Positions 25,746-36,447 are shown, counted from the stretch's first letter. The stretch: 64,000 nucleotides of DNA from Candidatus Gastranaerophilaceae bacterium (GCA_045538535.1 JAZSRN010000053.1:15315-79314), one strand, 5' to 3'. Numbers and translations are program-made. Notes: a model not told the origin generated them from the letters alone.

Positions 25746-27710
25746 CTATAGTGAACCTCCGCCTCCGTCTTTGAAGTAATCATAGTGACGAGGATCCGGA
25801 TAATTATCTATATATTGTTGTGCCGGAGCCGGTTGAGCTTTCACGTCGTTTCTGTATCTACTAGCTAATAGCGCATCGAAATTTGGTGAAAGTGTCAATT
25901 CAAAGTGGAAACGTCCATATTTTCTATCAGTTTCCCAACGGTTATTGATTAGTGGGAAGCCCCAATATAAACGTGCACTCAAATCAGCCGGCAATTGGAC
26001 TCTTAGACCTAAACCAACTGAAGATACGAAATAACTACCGTCATAAATATCTTCTTTTGCTGCCGGGAAAATACCTGCATGGTCTGTAAAAATAGCACCT
26101 TTTATATATTTACCAACGAACGCGCGTTTTTCGCCATCACGACCAGTAATTTCTCTAGGTAAAAGCGGGAACATCAATTCACCACTCAAGAAATAACCGT
26201 TTTTACCAATCATGATACCTTCGTTGTAACCTCTAACCGTAGCTAAACCACCGGTTTGGAATTGATCAAGATACGGAATATGTTTGTTGCCAGGTATAAT
26301 TTGGTAATTGCTTCGAATTTGACCGATTACACCGTGTGAAAAGTCGTGTAAGCGAACAATACTACCACTATATTTGAAATAATCAGATTCTTTGTCAAAA
26401 ATAGGGAACGCATAGTAGAAATCTTGGTTCAAATACCAAATACCATATTTAGTATCTTTTCTCAATTGGAATCCGATATCAGCTGAAGTAACTTGGTCTC
26501 TATCTAATTCAATCAAGTTATCAAATAACGTAGTTCTTGAACGTTTGTAGTTCAATGCAGCTAACCCTTTTAATTCCAAGCCCGGCTTACGCACGATAGG
26601 TTGTTGGAAATATAAAGAGTACATATATGATTTACTTTTCAAATCTAAATCTTTAAGTGCACCGTAACCGATTTTAGCAAATGTTGAAGAATACATAAAA
26701 CCAATACGTCCGTCACCTTTGTTAACCGGAATATTGTAATCAAAGAACGGCGATTGTGCATGACCGCTCAAATATGTACCGACAGACATTCTATCTCTTT
26801 GATGGAACAATGAATCGTTATAAAGCATTACACCGCCACGTAAACGACCAGTAGTATAACGACCAGCGTTATCCATAACTCCGGCAATATGCCAAGGGAA
26901 TGTTTCGTGTGCTTCAAGTTCTATATCTGTAGTTCCAGGTTTTGTACCTGCTTTAAGGTTTGCGGTAAGGTTTACACCTTCGTGATATCTGTTAAAATCT
27001 AGTACATCTTTTTCTAATTCAACGACATCGAAAATTTCACCAGCTTTTTGTGGCATTCTGTTCAAGATAAAATTATCTGTAGTATGTCTGTTATTTTCTA
27101 CAGTAATTTGACCAACGCGGCTTTCCATCAAACCGATATAAATTTTGCCTTCTGAAACTGTTTGTTCCGGCAAAAATGCTCGCGCGGTAATATAACCTTT
27201 ATTTTCGTACAATTTATTTAAGTCATCAATTACTGATTGCAAATCTTCCATATAAACTTCTTTACCAACCAAACGACCGGCAATTTCGTTTATTTCAGAG
27301 GAAGAAAGAATTTCTGAAGGCGCAACCTCAACTGATGTAACATAAATACCACTAATTTCAGTCGCACTTACATTACCTTGTACCGGCTGTCCATCTTTTC
27401 CTATACCATACCCACCGGAATGCGTACCGTTCAAATCTCTAATAATTTCGGAAGTGTTATCAGGATCTTCTTCCAATTGTTTACGTCGTTCGTAATACTG
27501 ATAATCGCGCTCAACGGCCTTACGACTACGACTGTATCTCATATTTACGGTATCGTTCATATAACTGGTACCGGCTTGATACTGCATTTCCGTTCTAACT
27601 TCGGCCGGCACATCCATTGCTTGGACTTGAGACATTAACGAAAACAAGCAACAAGTTGCAAGTCCCATCAAAGTTCTCTTCATAACATAGCTATTGCTGT
27701 TTTTACTCAT
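25746..27710 (-). CDS. ShlB/FhaC/HecB-type outer-membrane transporter (TpsB-like, POTRA + beta-barrel)
   Basis: Signal peptide, POTRA-like NKGYITARAFLPEQTVSEGKIYIGLMESRVGQITVE, and an alternating beta-strand C-terminal half. Confidence 0.7.
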   Translation of the reverse strand: MSKNSNSYVMKRTLMGLATCCLFSLMSQVQAMDVPAEVRTEMQYQAGTSYMNDTVNMRYSRSRKAVERDYQYYERRKQLEEDPDNTSEIIRDLNGTHSGGYGIGKDGQPVQGNVSATEISGIYVTSVEVAPSEILSSSEINEIAGRLVGKEVYMEDLQSVIDDLNKLYENKGYITARAFLPEQTVSEGKIYIGLMESRVGQITVENNRHTTDNFILNRMPQKAGEIFDVVELEKDVLDFNRYHEGVNLTANLKAGTKPGTTDIELEAHETFPWHIAGVMDNAGRYTTGRLRGGVMLYNDSLFHQRDRMSVGTYLSGHAQSPFFDYNIPVNKGDGRIGFMYSSTFAKIGYGALKDLDLKSKSYMYSLYFQQPIVRKPGLELKGLAALNYKRSRTTLFDNLIELDRDQVTSADIGFQLRKDTKYGIWYLNQDFYYAFPIFDKESDYFKYSGSIVRLHDFSHGVIGQIRSNYQIIPGNKHIPYLDQFQTGGLATVRGYNEGIMIGKNGYFLSGELMFPLLPREITGRDGEKRAFVGKYIKGAIFTDHAGIFPAAKEDIYDGSYFVSSVGLGLRVQLPADLSARLYWGFPLINNRWETDRKYGRFHFELTLSPNFDALLASRYRNDVKAQPAPAQQYIDNYPDPRHYDYFKDGGGGSL

Positions 27711-27952
27711 CTATTTTACCTTTTTCATATTTATTAGTCGCGTACTATTATTCTATTAAAAATTGGTAATATATTTTTTTGCCATATTTTTTACAAAAAT
27801 TAATATTTTCGCAAATTCGTGACAAAATATTTCTTTACGTATATAATTATATAAAATTACTCATGGCTTGTAAAGTTAGCATCATAAAAATACATCGCTT
27901 GATGTAGAAGTAAAAAATATATACACCACAGAGCGGATATAAGGAGATTATA

Positions 27953-28453
27953 ATGAAAAAAACATCAAAAAAATTGGCCGTTATCACTGCATTGTTAATA
28001 ACTCTTAATGCAAGTTATACTCTTGCGGCACCAAAAGTAACAGAAAAAGCTCCGGACACAACAGCTACACAAACAATAGTAAATAACGTTGCAATAGTAG
28101 ATGTTTCAAAAGTTGTTTCTTCATCCGCACAAGTTGCAGCCCTAAAAAAAGAACAAGAAGCAAAAAGTAAAGAGTTGATTACCTTTGTAGAAAAAGCAAG
28201 AAAAGACATTGCCGCAACAACAGACGCCAAGAAAAAACAAGCGTTAGAAGAAAAATACAACAAACAATTAGCTGAGAAAAAAGAAGCTATTGACAAAAAC
28301 TATGCTAAAAAACTTGCCGATATCGATACAAACATATCAAAACAAATAGAAGCAATTGCAAAAGCCGAAGGTTATAGTGTTGTAGTTGCAAAAGGTGTTG
28401 TATTGTACGGCGGCGCTGATATTACAGAAAAAGTTATCAAAGCGTTAAAGTAA
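27953..28453 (+). CDS. OmpH/Skp-like periplasmic chaperone
   Basis: Signal peptide, K/E/A-rich coiled region, VAIVDVSKVV start and SVVVAKGVVLYGG end, typical of OmpH. Confidence 0.7.
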   Translation: MKKTSKKLAVITALLITLNASYTLAAPKVTEKAPDTTATQTIVNNVAIVDVSKVVSSSAQVAALKKEQEAKSKELITFVEKARKDIAATTDAKKKQALEEKYNKQLAEKKEAIDKNYAKKLADIDTNISKQIEAIAKAEGYSVVVAKGVVLYGGADITEKVIKALK

Positions 28454-28627
28454 TCCTTTCATTTTTTTGTTTATGCTTTGTTACAGGGCTCTTGAGTGTA
28501 AAACTCTTGAGCTCTATTTTTATTATAAAATCACATTTCAAAAGCCATTTATTCCCCCACTATCTTATTGAGTTTTTATTTTTTTTAAGTTATGATTTTT
28601 GCGAACTAGAAAAAGGGGAGCTATTTA

Positions 28628-29935
28628 ATGGTTATATTAGAAGAGTTAAAAACAATTAACGACGTAATCAAAGATATTGCACATTTTGTACAAGAAGATA
28701 AATTTGTAAGTCCGGACTTTATGGAATATTTAAAAACAATAGGTATCGGATCTACACAACAAAACATCAATTTTCAATCCGCATGTTTTAATTATATTTT
28801 TGAAAGAAACCTCGGAGAAGAAAGAAAATCCATTATTGAATTATACAAACAATCAGACGAATTCAAGACAAAATCCAAAGATGACAACAAAATCAAAGAC
28901 ATTGTAAACGCTCTTGATAATTCGATATCTTCAATTTTTGAAATCAAAAGAGTTTTAAAATGTGGATTTAAATTATATAACATTATCAACGAAAAAGAAT
29001 ACGATGTGACATCTTTAGTAAAAATGTCATCATTCAAAGGTCTTGGCGTAGGCCAACACACTATAGCTCGTATTTTTATTTTTGAAAACGCACCTTATTT
29101 GCTAGAAATTTCAGGAGTACTCCCAGCTTACAGAACAGACGACGCTTTAAGATTTGCCGTTGCCAAAATTATTCAAAATCCGGAAATAGTCTACTTAGAC
29201 AACCCTGAAAAAGAAGCAGAAATACAAAAAGACGTCGAAAATATTTATGAAAAATTTATCGAATTATTTGGAACTGACGAAATTGTAACAACAAATAAAT
29301 ATGCAGATGAAATCATCGGAATATTCAACGATTACGCCGAAACCGGAGAAAAATCTGATTTTCAAGAGTTAATACAAAAACCAGATACATTAAGATTTTT
29401 TGATGTTTCAGAGTTCAACAATTCGTATGACAACTTCCTTGAAAATTCACTCGGCGGATTTTCATCACACAAGGAAACTTACGATGTTGCAGTTATTTAT
29501 GATAGAGAACTAGGTTTGTATGCTATACCATTTTATGAAACTTTCAATAAAATATTTGAAGAAAAAGATTACAAATCTATTGAAGGATATGACAAATGTG
29601 TTGACTATTTCTTAAATAACGATAAATTTTCCGCAAACATCATTAAACGAGTTGCGGCAAAACACAAAAACTTTATGGATGTAATTAATGCTATTTACAA
29701 CACAACTATAACTCTAGATGAGCTATTAAACAAATACAAATCAAGATATTTAAAAAATAAAATCTATTCATCAACTACAGTGCTATACAAGTCTAAAGTA
29801 TTCTCTAGAACTTTAGGGATAATCGAAGAATATGAAGAAAAACCAAAAATCGAAACGAAGGGTGTCGGCAGAAACGACCCTTGTCCTTGCGGAAGCGGTA
29901 AAAAATTCAAAAAATGCTGTGGCGCAAATGTATAA
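28628..29935 (+). CDS. SEC-C metal-binding motif protein
   Basis: C-terminal GRNDPCPCGSGKKFKKCCG. The remainder is unrecognised. Confidence 0.7.
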   Translation: MVILEELKTINDVIKDIAHFVQEDKFVSPDFMEYLKTIGIGSTQQNINFQSACFNYIFERNLGEERKSIIELYKQSDEFKTKSKDDNKIKDIVNALDNSISSIFEIKRVLKCGFKLYNIINEKEYDVTSLVKMSSFKGLGVGQHTIARIFIFENAPYLLEISGVLPAYRTDDALRFAVAKIIQNPEIVYLDNPEKEAEIQKDVENIYEKFIELFGTDEIVTTNKYADEIIGIFNDYAETGEKSDFQELIQKPDTLRFFDVSEFNNSYDNFLENSLGGFSSHKETYDVAVIYDRELGLYAIPFYETFNKIFEEKDYKSIEGYDKCVDYFLNNDKFSANIIKRVAAKHKNFMDVINAIYNTTITLDELLNKYKSRYLKNKIYSSTTVLYKSKVFSRTLGIIEEYEEKPKIETKGVGRNDPCPCGSGKKFKKCCGANV

Positions 29936-29938
29936 CAC

Positions 29939-29971
29939 AAAAAATGGTGACCTAAAAAGGTCACCATTTTT
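29939..29971. terminator. Bidirectional rho-independent terminator
   Basis: AATGGTGACC-taaaaa-GGTCACCATT flanked by A and T runs. Confidence 0.85.
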
Positions 29972-30188
29972 ATATTTTAAAAATATTCTTCTTTTTTAAC
30001 TTTTTCTTATTTACAACTAATCCACATTTTGAACAAGCCAAAACCTCTCCGGTAGAATCAATCGGCATAAAAACATGCTCACACTGACCAGATGTATCGT
30101 CCTCATTTGCCTCAACTAAAGGGCTATATTGAGAAGTAAAATCTTTTTTCTTATTTATAAATTTACATATCAATTCCAAAAAATACAT
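29970..30188 (-). CDS. Small zinc-ribbon-like protein (72 aa)
   Basis: CEH...CSKC pattern. 1-nt spacing to cdd suggests an operon. Confidence 0.4.
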   Translation of the reverse strand: MYFLELICKFINKKKDFTSQYSPLVEANEDDTSGQCEHVFMPIDSTGEVLACSKCGLVVNKKKLKKKNIFKI

Positions 30189-30189
30189 T

Positions 30190-30573
30190 CTACAAAATAA
30201 AACCTTCCGGCAACAATTCGTTGAGATTATAAATTTTTAATTCTTGATTACTTTTAGTGATAACATCACAACCTTGTTCAATTTGGAACTCATGTAAAAC
30301 TTCTCGACAAGCACCACAAGGAGTACAATTATCTTTGTTTGGAGAATATATTGCAATAGCCTTAACCTTCTTGTCTCCTGCAGCTATAAGACTTCCTATT
30401 GCGTTACGTTCAGCACAAATAGTAAGGCCAAAACTCGAGTTTTCAAAATTACAACCACAGTATACATTATCATTCTCCGATAATGCACAAGCACCAACGG
30501 CAAACTTTGAATATGGAGAGTATGAATTTTTTGAAACTTCTTCCGCTTTTTGCATTAAAAATTCGTAGTTCAT
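30190..30573 (-). CDS. cdd: Cytidine deaminase
   Basis: CAERNAI and PCGACREV zinc motifs in 127 aa. Confidence 0.85.
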   Translation of the reverse strand: MNYEFLMQKAEEVSKNSYSPYSKFAVGACALSENDNVYCGCNFENSSFGLTICAERNAIGSLIAAGDKKVKAIAIYSPNKDNCTPCGACREVLHEFQIEQGCDVITKSNQELKIYNLNELLPEGFIL

Positions 30574-30667
30574 ATTATAATCCTTATTAATCTCTTTTAA
30601 ATCAGTTTATATTATTTAGAAAATTTTACAATCCGCTAATCGAAGGAATATATGTTATAATTACATT

Positions 30668-31495
30668 ATGAGAAAAGTACTTTTAGCAATATTAATTTTA
30701 TTCATAAATATTCAAGCAAATTTAGCTGCCAATTTTGAAGTTGTTGTTTTACCGACTTCAATTTGCAAAATAACGGACAATTACTACAGTTTTGATAACG
30801 TTGACGAAATTTTTGCAAAAGACATCACTAAACAATTTAATTCTTCGCACAAAATACATGCTTTTAGCATTGATGAACTTCAAGCAAAAATTTATACTGA
30901 CGCAACTACAAAATCAAAAGTTTGTTCCGCAATAAATCAATATAACAAATTAGGAACAATCAATTATCAAAACTTTAAATCCCTTGCAAAATCATTTAAT
31001 GCACGCTCAATACTTTTAATATCCGCTACATCCGAAACCTTCGATGGCGAAATAAAAAAAGATGTTTGGGAAAGTCTAAATATATCAAGCGCCTTTGACA
31101 TCAAGCAAATGAACAATATGAAAATAGACGCCGTATTATTAGATAATGTTAACGATTTGGTAATGTATAGCGCGGTATATAACTTCCCACTTGCAGATAA
31201 AAACGGTTCTTTTCAAGCTATGAACTACGCACAAGCAACCGAGCATTTAGAAAAAATTAAACATTTTTCAAAAGAAATTTTATCAAAATCAATCGCCCAA
31301 AACGTTACTCTAAGATTTTTTCCGAAAAGCATTAGACCAATAGAAGTAAAAAGCACCGGCGATAGTGTAGATTCCGGACTTTTGAAATACAACAAAAATA
31401 TTCCGTCAATGCATAAATTTGGCAAAAAACGCCAAGAAAAACAACGCGATGAATTCAAAGAAGATGAATTTGGCGAAATGATTTACGGTCTATAA
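30668..31495 (+). CDS. Secreted hypothetical protein (275 aa)
   Basis: Signal peptide MRKVLLAILILFINIQANLA. Confidence 0.5.
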   Translation: MRKVLLAILILFINIQANLAANFEVVVLPTSICKITDNYYSFDNVDEIFAKDITKQFNSSHKIHAFSIDELQAKIYTDATTKSKVCSAINQYNKLGTINYQNFKSLAKSFNARSILLISATSETFDGEIKKDVWESLNISSAFDIKQMNNMKIDAVLLDNVNDLVMYSAVYNFPLADKNGSFQAMNYAQATEHLEKIKHFSKEILSKSIAQNVTLRFFPKSIRPIEVKSTGDSVDSGLLKYNKNIPSMHKFGKKRQEKQRDEFKEDEFGEMIYGL

Positions 31496-31605
31496 ATTTA
31501 GTGATATTGACTTAATCTTATTTGGCAACAGACATTATCCAAGTGGAGATAGATAGGTTTCCAATCTCTTGTACAATAAACTTGTACAACGAAAGGAAGT
31601 AGCTT

Positions 31606-31827
31606 ATGAACAAATTTTTATCTATGTTTATCGTTTCAGGTGTATTAGCATTTATGGCCCCGAGCGCATTTGCTTGGCAATACGAAGGCCTAAACAGCCT
31701 AAATCCATTTACAGGATTTAGAGTTTGCAATAAGTGTGAAAAAGTTAAAAAGGACAAATGTTCAAAAATCAAAGAATGCCCATGCAAAGTACAAAAAGTT
31801 ACTAAGTGTCCTTGTCAAATTCGATAA
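31606..31827 (+). CDS. Small secreted cysteine-rich, lysine-rich protein (73 aa)
   Basis: RBS GAAAGGAAG, signal peptide ending SAFA, seven Cys in the last 33 residues, and a terminator downstream. Confidence 0.55.
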   Translation: MNKFLSMFIVSGVLAFMAPSAFAWQYEGLNSLNPFTGFRVCNKCEKVKKDKCSKIKECPCKVQKVTKCPCQIR

Positions 31828-31831
31828 CACT

Positions 31832-31857
31832 AAAGCGGTGAAAATTCACCGCTTTTT
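31832..31857. terminator. Rho-independent terminator
   Basis: AAAGCGGTGAA-aa-TTCACCGCTTTTT. Confidence 0.85.
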
Positions 31858-32200
31858 ATTTTAGGAAATTTTCATATTGTGATTTTAAAAACGAAATTGA
31901 ATTAATATAAAAATCCAATTCTTTATCGTTCAAACTATATATAAGATTGGCAAATTTTTCACGTTTTGAATTGTTTTGAAACTTAGCTTGCACCCCAAAC
32001 TCAGATATATCTATATTTAAAACTTCAATAATTTTAAAAAACGTAACCAAAGAAGGTATGTTAGCTCCAGTTTCAATTTTACAAATTTGCTTTTCGCCCA
32101 CACCGATTTTTTCTGCAAGTTCACTTTGAGTCAAACCTGCATATTTGCGATATTCACGAATCTTTTTAGCAATAAAATTTTTTTCTTCAAAAACGGCCAT
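31856..32200 (-). CDS. XRE-family HTH transcriptional regulator
   Basis: LTQSELAEKIGVGEKQICKIETG. I prefer the start at MAVFEE (32200), preceded by AAGGGAG. Confidence 0.8.
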   Translation of the reverse strand: MAVFEEKNFIAKKIREYRKYAGLTQSELAEKIGVGEKQICKIETGANIPSLVTFFKIIEVLNIDISEFGVQAKFQNNSKREKFANLIYSLNDKELDFYINSISFLKSQYENFLK

Positions 32201-32422
32201 AATCTCCCTTTCTTTTAGATAGCTTAACGTTATTGAAAAATTAAATAAACCACCTATAGGGTATATAGCCCAATCAATCAACCACATTGTTACTAAATAT
32301 TTACATTACCTTTGTTAAAAAAGTATACTATAGGTCTTTTATGATAAGATAAAAAGTAACATATAGGCAACTTTATTTTAACAATCAACCTATAATTAAC
32401 ATGTGGACGGAGAAATGAAAAA

Positions 32423-34213
32423 ATGAAAAACAGAGCAATTATATGCGTATTTTGGGAACGTAATGGCCATTTAAGAAGATATGTCGAATATTATTTACAA
32501 CATTTAAAAAGAATTTCTCAACGACTAATCGTTGTCATTAACGGTGACATAACATTGGAAAGTGAACAAATCCTAAAAGATTTAGGATTAGAATACTATT
32601 GCAGAGAAAATAAAGGGCTTGATTTTGGCGGTTATAAATACGGTATCGAAAAAATTGGCTACAACAATTTATATAAATATGACGACTTGATTTTGACCAA
32701 TACAACTTGTTATGGCCCAGTATATCCACTTGAAGAAATGTTTGAAGCAATGGATAAAAAAGATTGCGATTTTTGGGGAATAACAGAACATCCGCAAACC
32801 CGAAAAATAAAAAAACATCTACAATCATATTTTCTTGTTTTCAGAAATTCCATAATAAAGAGCGAAACGTTCCAAAAATATTGGAAAAATTTACCGATTA
32901 TTTCTGATTACAAAAAAGTTGTGGAAAAACTGGAGACTCGTTTAACTTCGCATTTTAAAAGTTTTGGTTTTTGTTATTCCGCATATATTCCAATAAAAGA
33001 CAATTTTACACTTAATCCTATGCTGATAACCGACAAATTATTACAAGAAAACCGTCTCCCATTAATTAAACGTAAAGCAATATGCGGTGCCTTTAAATCT
33101 TTTGTCGGTTGTACACCTATAAACTATACTGAAAAAATCTTAAACTATTTGAAAGAGCATACTGATTATAAAATAGCAATAATATACGAAGATATTATAA
33201 ATTCATATGCCATGTCTGAAATTAGACAATGCTTAGGATTAAATTGGTGCTTACCAACAGATAATGCATTAGCAAAAATTAATAAAAACAAAAAGATTGC
33301 ACTCATTTTATATATTTACTATCCAGATTTAGTAGATTATTGCTTAAATTACGCACAATCCATGCCGGAAAATGCCGATATATATATAGTCACCTCAAGA
33401 GAAGATACAAAAAAAATCTGCGAAGAAAAAATGCTCTCATTCAAATGCAACCATTATGAAATCAGATTAAAACCAAATCGAGGAAGGGATGTTAGTGCAT
33501 ATCTAGTTACATGTAGAGATATTTTCAAAAAATATGATTACGTCTGTTGTATGCATGATAAAAAAACGCCAACAGCAAAAAACAACTTAATTGGAGAATC
33601 TTTCGCTGAACATTGTTTTAGAAGTTGTTTAGAAAGCAAAGATTATGTCAAAAATGTATTATCCATTTTTGATAATAACGAAAAAATAGGTCTTCTTTGT
33701 CCTTTTCCGCCATTAGCAATGGGCTATCACTTTTGGCTAGGAAATGAAATTGGAGCCGCCAATTATACAAATTTAAAACATTTGTATAATTACTTTAACT
33801 TAACCGTTCCATTTGACAAAACACCTATTGTTCCCTTAGGTGCTATGTTTTGGATACGGACAAAAGCACTAAAAAGATTATTTAGCAAGAAGTGGGAATA
33901 TACAGATTTTCCTGATGAACCTCTTGCTAATGACGGAACAATTTCACACGCAATAGAAAGATTTTATCCTTATATAACTCAAGAAGAAGGATACTTTTCT
34001 GGATATATATGTCCAATTACAATAATCAACTATAAAACTAATTTATTATTGTATTTTTATCGCTACTACAAATATATTGTCGAAAACAACATTTGTTTAG
34101 CTCAAGGCTTTAAGTGGATTTTCTCAATAGGAAACCATTTTTCAAACGGGAGAAAAATAAAAATATTAACTATTTTTGGACTAAACATTCGACTTAAAGA
34201 ATTGAAAGGTTAG
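32423..34213 (+). CDS. Rhamnan synthesis protein F (RgpF)-like glycosyltransferase
   Basis: 596 aa with a duplicated RgpF-like pattern (NKGLDFGGYKYGI ... NRGRDVSAYL). Confidence 0.65.
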   Translation: MKNRAIICVFWERNGHLRRYVEYYLQHLKRISQRLIVVINGDITLESEQILKDLGLEYYCRENKGLDFGGYKYGIEKIGYNNLYKYDDLILTNTTCYGPVYPLEEMFEAMDKKDCDFWGITEHPQTRKIKKHLQSYFLVFRNSIIKSETFQKYWKNLPIISDYKKVVEKLETRLTSHFKSFGFCYSAYIPIKDNFTLNPMLITDKLLQENRLPLIKRKAICGAFKSFVGCTPINYTEKILNYLKEHTDYKIAIIYEDIINSYAMSEIRQCLGLNWCLPTDNALAKINKNKKIALILYIYYPDLVDYCLNYAQSMPENADIYIVTSREDTKKICEEKMLSFKCNHYEIRLKPNRGRDVSAYLVTCRDIFKKYDYVCCMHDKKTPTAKNNLIGESFAEHCFRSCLESKDYVKNVLSIFDNNEKIGLLCPFPPLAMGYHFWLGNEIGAANYTNLKHLYNYFNLTVPFDKTPIVPLGAMFWIRTKALKRLFSKKWEYTDFPDEPLANDGTISHAIERFYPYITQEEGYFSGYICPITIINYKTNLLLYFYRYYKYIVENNICLAQGFKWIFSIGNHFSNGRKIKILTIFGLNIRLKELKG

Positions 34214-34220
34214 GATAATT

Positions 34221-35393
34221 ATGAAAAAATTTTTATTGGCTGGTTTTTATTTTGATGGCTATCACGGTTCTATGATGCACATATGCGAAATTGCCAAATA
34301 TCTGAAATCCATCGGTTTTGATGTAACAATTGCTGCAGTTTCAATAACAGATGAAATTAAAAATTATGTTAAAGATATTGGGATAAACCTTGTGCAAGTC
34401 CTTGATATTCCCCAAAAGTCGTTTTTTGATTATGGTTTGTGCTACCACTTTCCAATTTTATCATTTTTATTACATCAAGGAGTAGTAATTGACAAATTAA
34501 TTATTGGTAGTCTGTCATCGATTTTGGAATTAGAAATGCCAAATCTAATATACAAGTACGGAATTCCTATCCACGTACATAATGCGTCATTAAAGGAAAA
34601 ATTCAAAAAAGAACTGTTAATTTATCCGTCAAACATATATGTAATGCCTAATCTAGTTCCTATTGAATATTTGAATTTTAAAAAACAAACGTCAAATGAT
34701 CAAATAAAAAATATCGCAATTGTGTCAAATCACATCCCAAAAGAGATACGAGAAGCAACTTCGTTACTTGCATTGCAGAAAATAAATATTGATATTTATG
34801 GTAAAGCCGATAATTACATCGCAATTACACCTCAAATTTTATCTCAATATGATGTAATAATTTCTATAGGGAAAACAGTTCAATACGCGTTAGCACTTGG
34901 TATCCCCGTTTATAATTATGACCATTTTGGTGGAATGGGCTATATCAATACAGAAAATATTAAACGAGAAGAATACTATAATTTTTCTGGACGCTCAAGC
35001 TTTAGAAAAATAGAAGCAGATGATATTGTTTGTGAATTATTGGCATATTATAAACAAACACTCGCCGAAAAAGATAAACTAAAAGAATATGCAGCCCGCA
35101 CATACGCCATAAACACTAATATGGAAGGGCTTATTTCATATTTAGATAAATTACCTCCTAGTAACATCGAAGAGTTTTTACAAAATGAAAAATTATATAT
35201 TAAATGTTGTAATTTTATCATTTATCAATGTTCAAATTTATTCAATGAAAATAAGCACTTAAAATACGTGATAAATAATCTAAAACTACATTTACTTATA
35301 AAATACAGAATCAAATTATTTTTCTATAAACACATATTAAAAAACACATTCAAAAGGGAAAAATACGAAAAATTACTAGGTATATGGAGGTAA
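34221..35393 (+). CDS. Hypothetical protein, possible glycosyltransferase
   Basis: Operon context only. No clear motif. Confidence 0.35.
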   Translation: MKKFLLAGFYFDGYHGSMMHICEIAKYLKSIGFDVTIAAVSITDEIKNYVKDIGINLVQVLDIPQKSFFDYGLCYHFPILSFLLHQGVVIDKLIIGSLSSILELEMPNLIYKYGIPIHVHNASLKEKFKKELLIYPSNIYVMPNLVPIEYLNFKKQTSNDQIKNIAIVSNHIPKEIREATSLLALQKINIDIYGKADNYIAITPQILSQYDVIISIGKTVQYALALGIPVYNYDHFGGMGYINTENIKREEYYNFSGRSSFRKIEADDIVCELLAYYKQTLAEKDKLKEYAARTYAINTNMEGLISYLDKLPPSNIEEFLQNEKLYIKCCNFIIYQCSNLFNENKHLKYVINNLKLHLLIKYRIKLFFYKHILKNTFKREKYEKLLGIWR

Positions 35394-35395
35394 AT

Positions 35396-35614
35396 ATGAC
35401 AGATAAAATAAGATTTCTTAACCTCTCCAAGCGTGAAAAACTGGTCATTGAATACCTTGTGCAAGGATTCACAAATGGAGAAATTGGACGAAAACTAGGA
35501 TGTTCAGAAAGTTGCATCAAAATACACGTTTCAAACATCCTTTCAAAAATGGACGTTAGAAATCGAGCACAATTAGGGTTTGTAATCGGAAAAGATTATA
35601 CCTCTAAAAATTAA
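35396..35614 (+). CDS. Stand-alone LuxR-type HTH protein
   Basis: LSKREKLVIEYLVQGFTNGEIGRKLGCSESCIKIHVSNILSKM. RBS GGAGG before the ATG at 35396. Confidence 0.7.
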   Translation: MTDKIRFLNLSKREKLVIEYLVQGFTNGEIGRKLGCSESCIKIHVSNILSKMDVRNRAQLGFVIGKDYTSKN

Positions 35615-36447
35615 TATTCGATATCTCTAAGAGTTTTAAAAATCCTATCTGTAATTTGCTGGATATACTCTTGACTTACCATACCATTTATTACAGCATC
35701 TGCAATCGGGTACGTAGGACGAATGTATTGTTGTGCCGTTTTATTGACATCAGCAAATTGTAAATCCGCAGCCTCTCCGGTTTTTCCTCGAGAAGCAGCA
35801 CGCTTATACCAACGCTCTTTTATAACTTCAAGCGGAGTAAATACATAAACCTTTACATCCATTACATCCCGAACATTATCATTTAGAACATACAATCCTT
35901 CTGTTAAAATGACTTTTGCAGGCTTCTTAATTTCACCATTAGGGTCAGATTCACACGTCACAAAATCATATCTTGGTGACATAATGGCTTTACCAGCCTT
36001 TAAATCAATTAAATGACTTTTCATTAAGTCTAAATTAATAGCATCAGGAGTATCAAAGCTAAAACCGGTCTTGAAAAGCTCTTCATAACTTCCGGCTTCT
36101 TTCAATTCTTTTGATGTATCTTTATAATAATCATCACATCTTATTACTGTATAAATCCCTTCAGTCTTGTCTTTTACACAAGCTTTAATTGTGTTATCTA
36201 CAAAAACCGTCTTACCCGAAGCGCTTTCGCCGGTAATACCAATCAAAAAAGTTTGTTTCTTTTCTTGCACAACCTTACGCGCAATATCCATAATCAAATT
36301 ATCTGAAATTTGCAAAAACAACGGTTGTTTTTCTTTTTTATCATCCTCAAGAATTTTCTTTAACGCATCAACAATTGTAGATATGATTTCCATATCTCGT
36401 CGGCTTGAATAATAGTTATAGTCTGTTACTTGAAAACTTGACATCAT
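35611..36447 (-). CDS. Uridine kinase/phosphoribulokinase-family P-loop kinase
   Basis: P-loop GITGESASGKT. The fold assignment from the surrounding pattern is tentative. Confidence 0.55.
   Translation of the reverse strand: MMSSFQVTDYNYYSSRRDMEIISTIVDALKKILEDDKKEKQPLFLQISDNLIMDIARKVVQEKKQTFLIGITGESASGKTVFVDNTIKACVKDKTEGIYTVIRCDDYYKDTSKELKEAGSYEELFKTGFSFDTPDAINLDLMKSHLIDLKAGKAIMSPRYDFVTCESDPNGEIKKPAKVILTEGLYVLNDNVRDVMDVKVYVFTPLEVIKERWYKRAASRGKTGEAADLQFADVNKTAQQYIRPTYPIADAVINGMVSQEYIQQITDRIFKTLRDIEY

Noticed and set aside
30190-30573. Cytidine deaminase as an anti-phage nucleotide-depletion gene
   Set aside because: Its size and motifs are those of the ordinary homotetrameric Cdd. It sits in housekeeping-like context with no associated defence genes.
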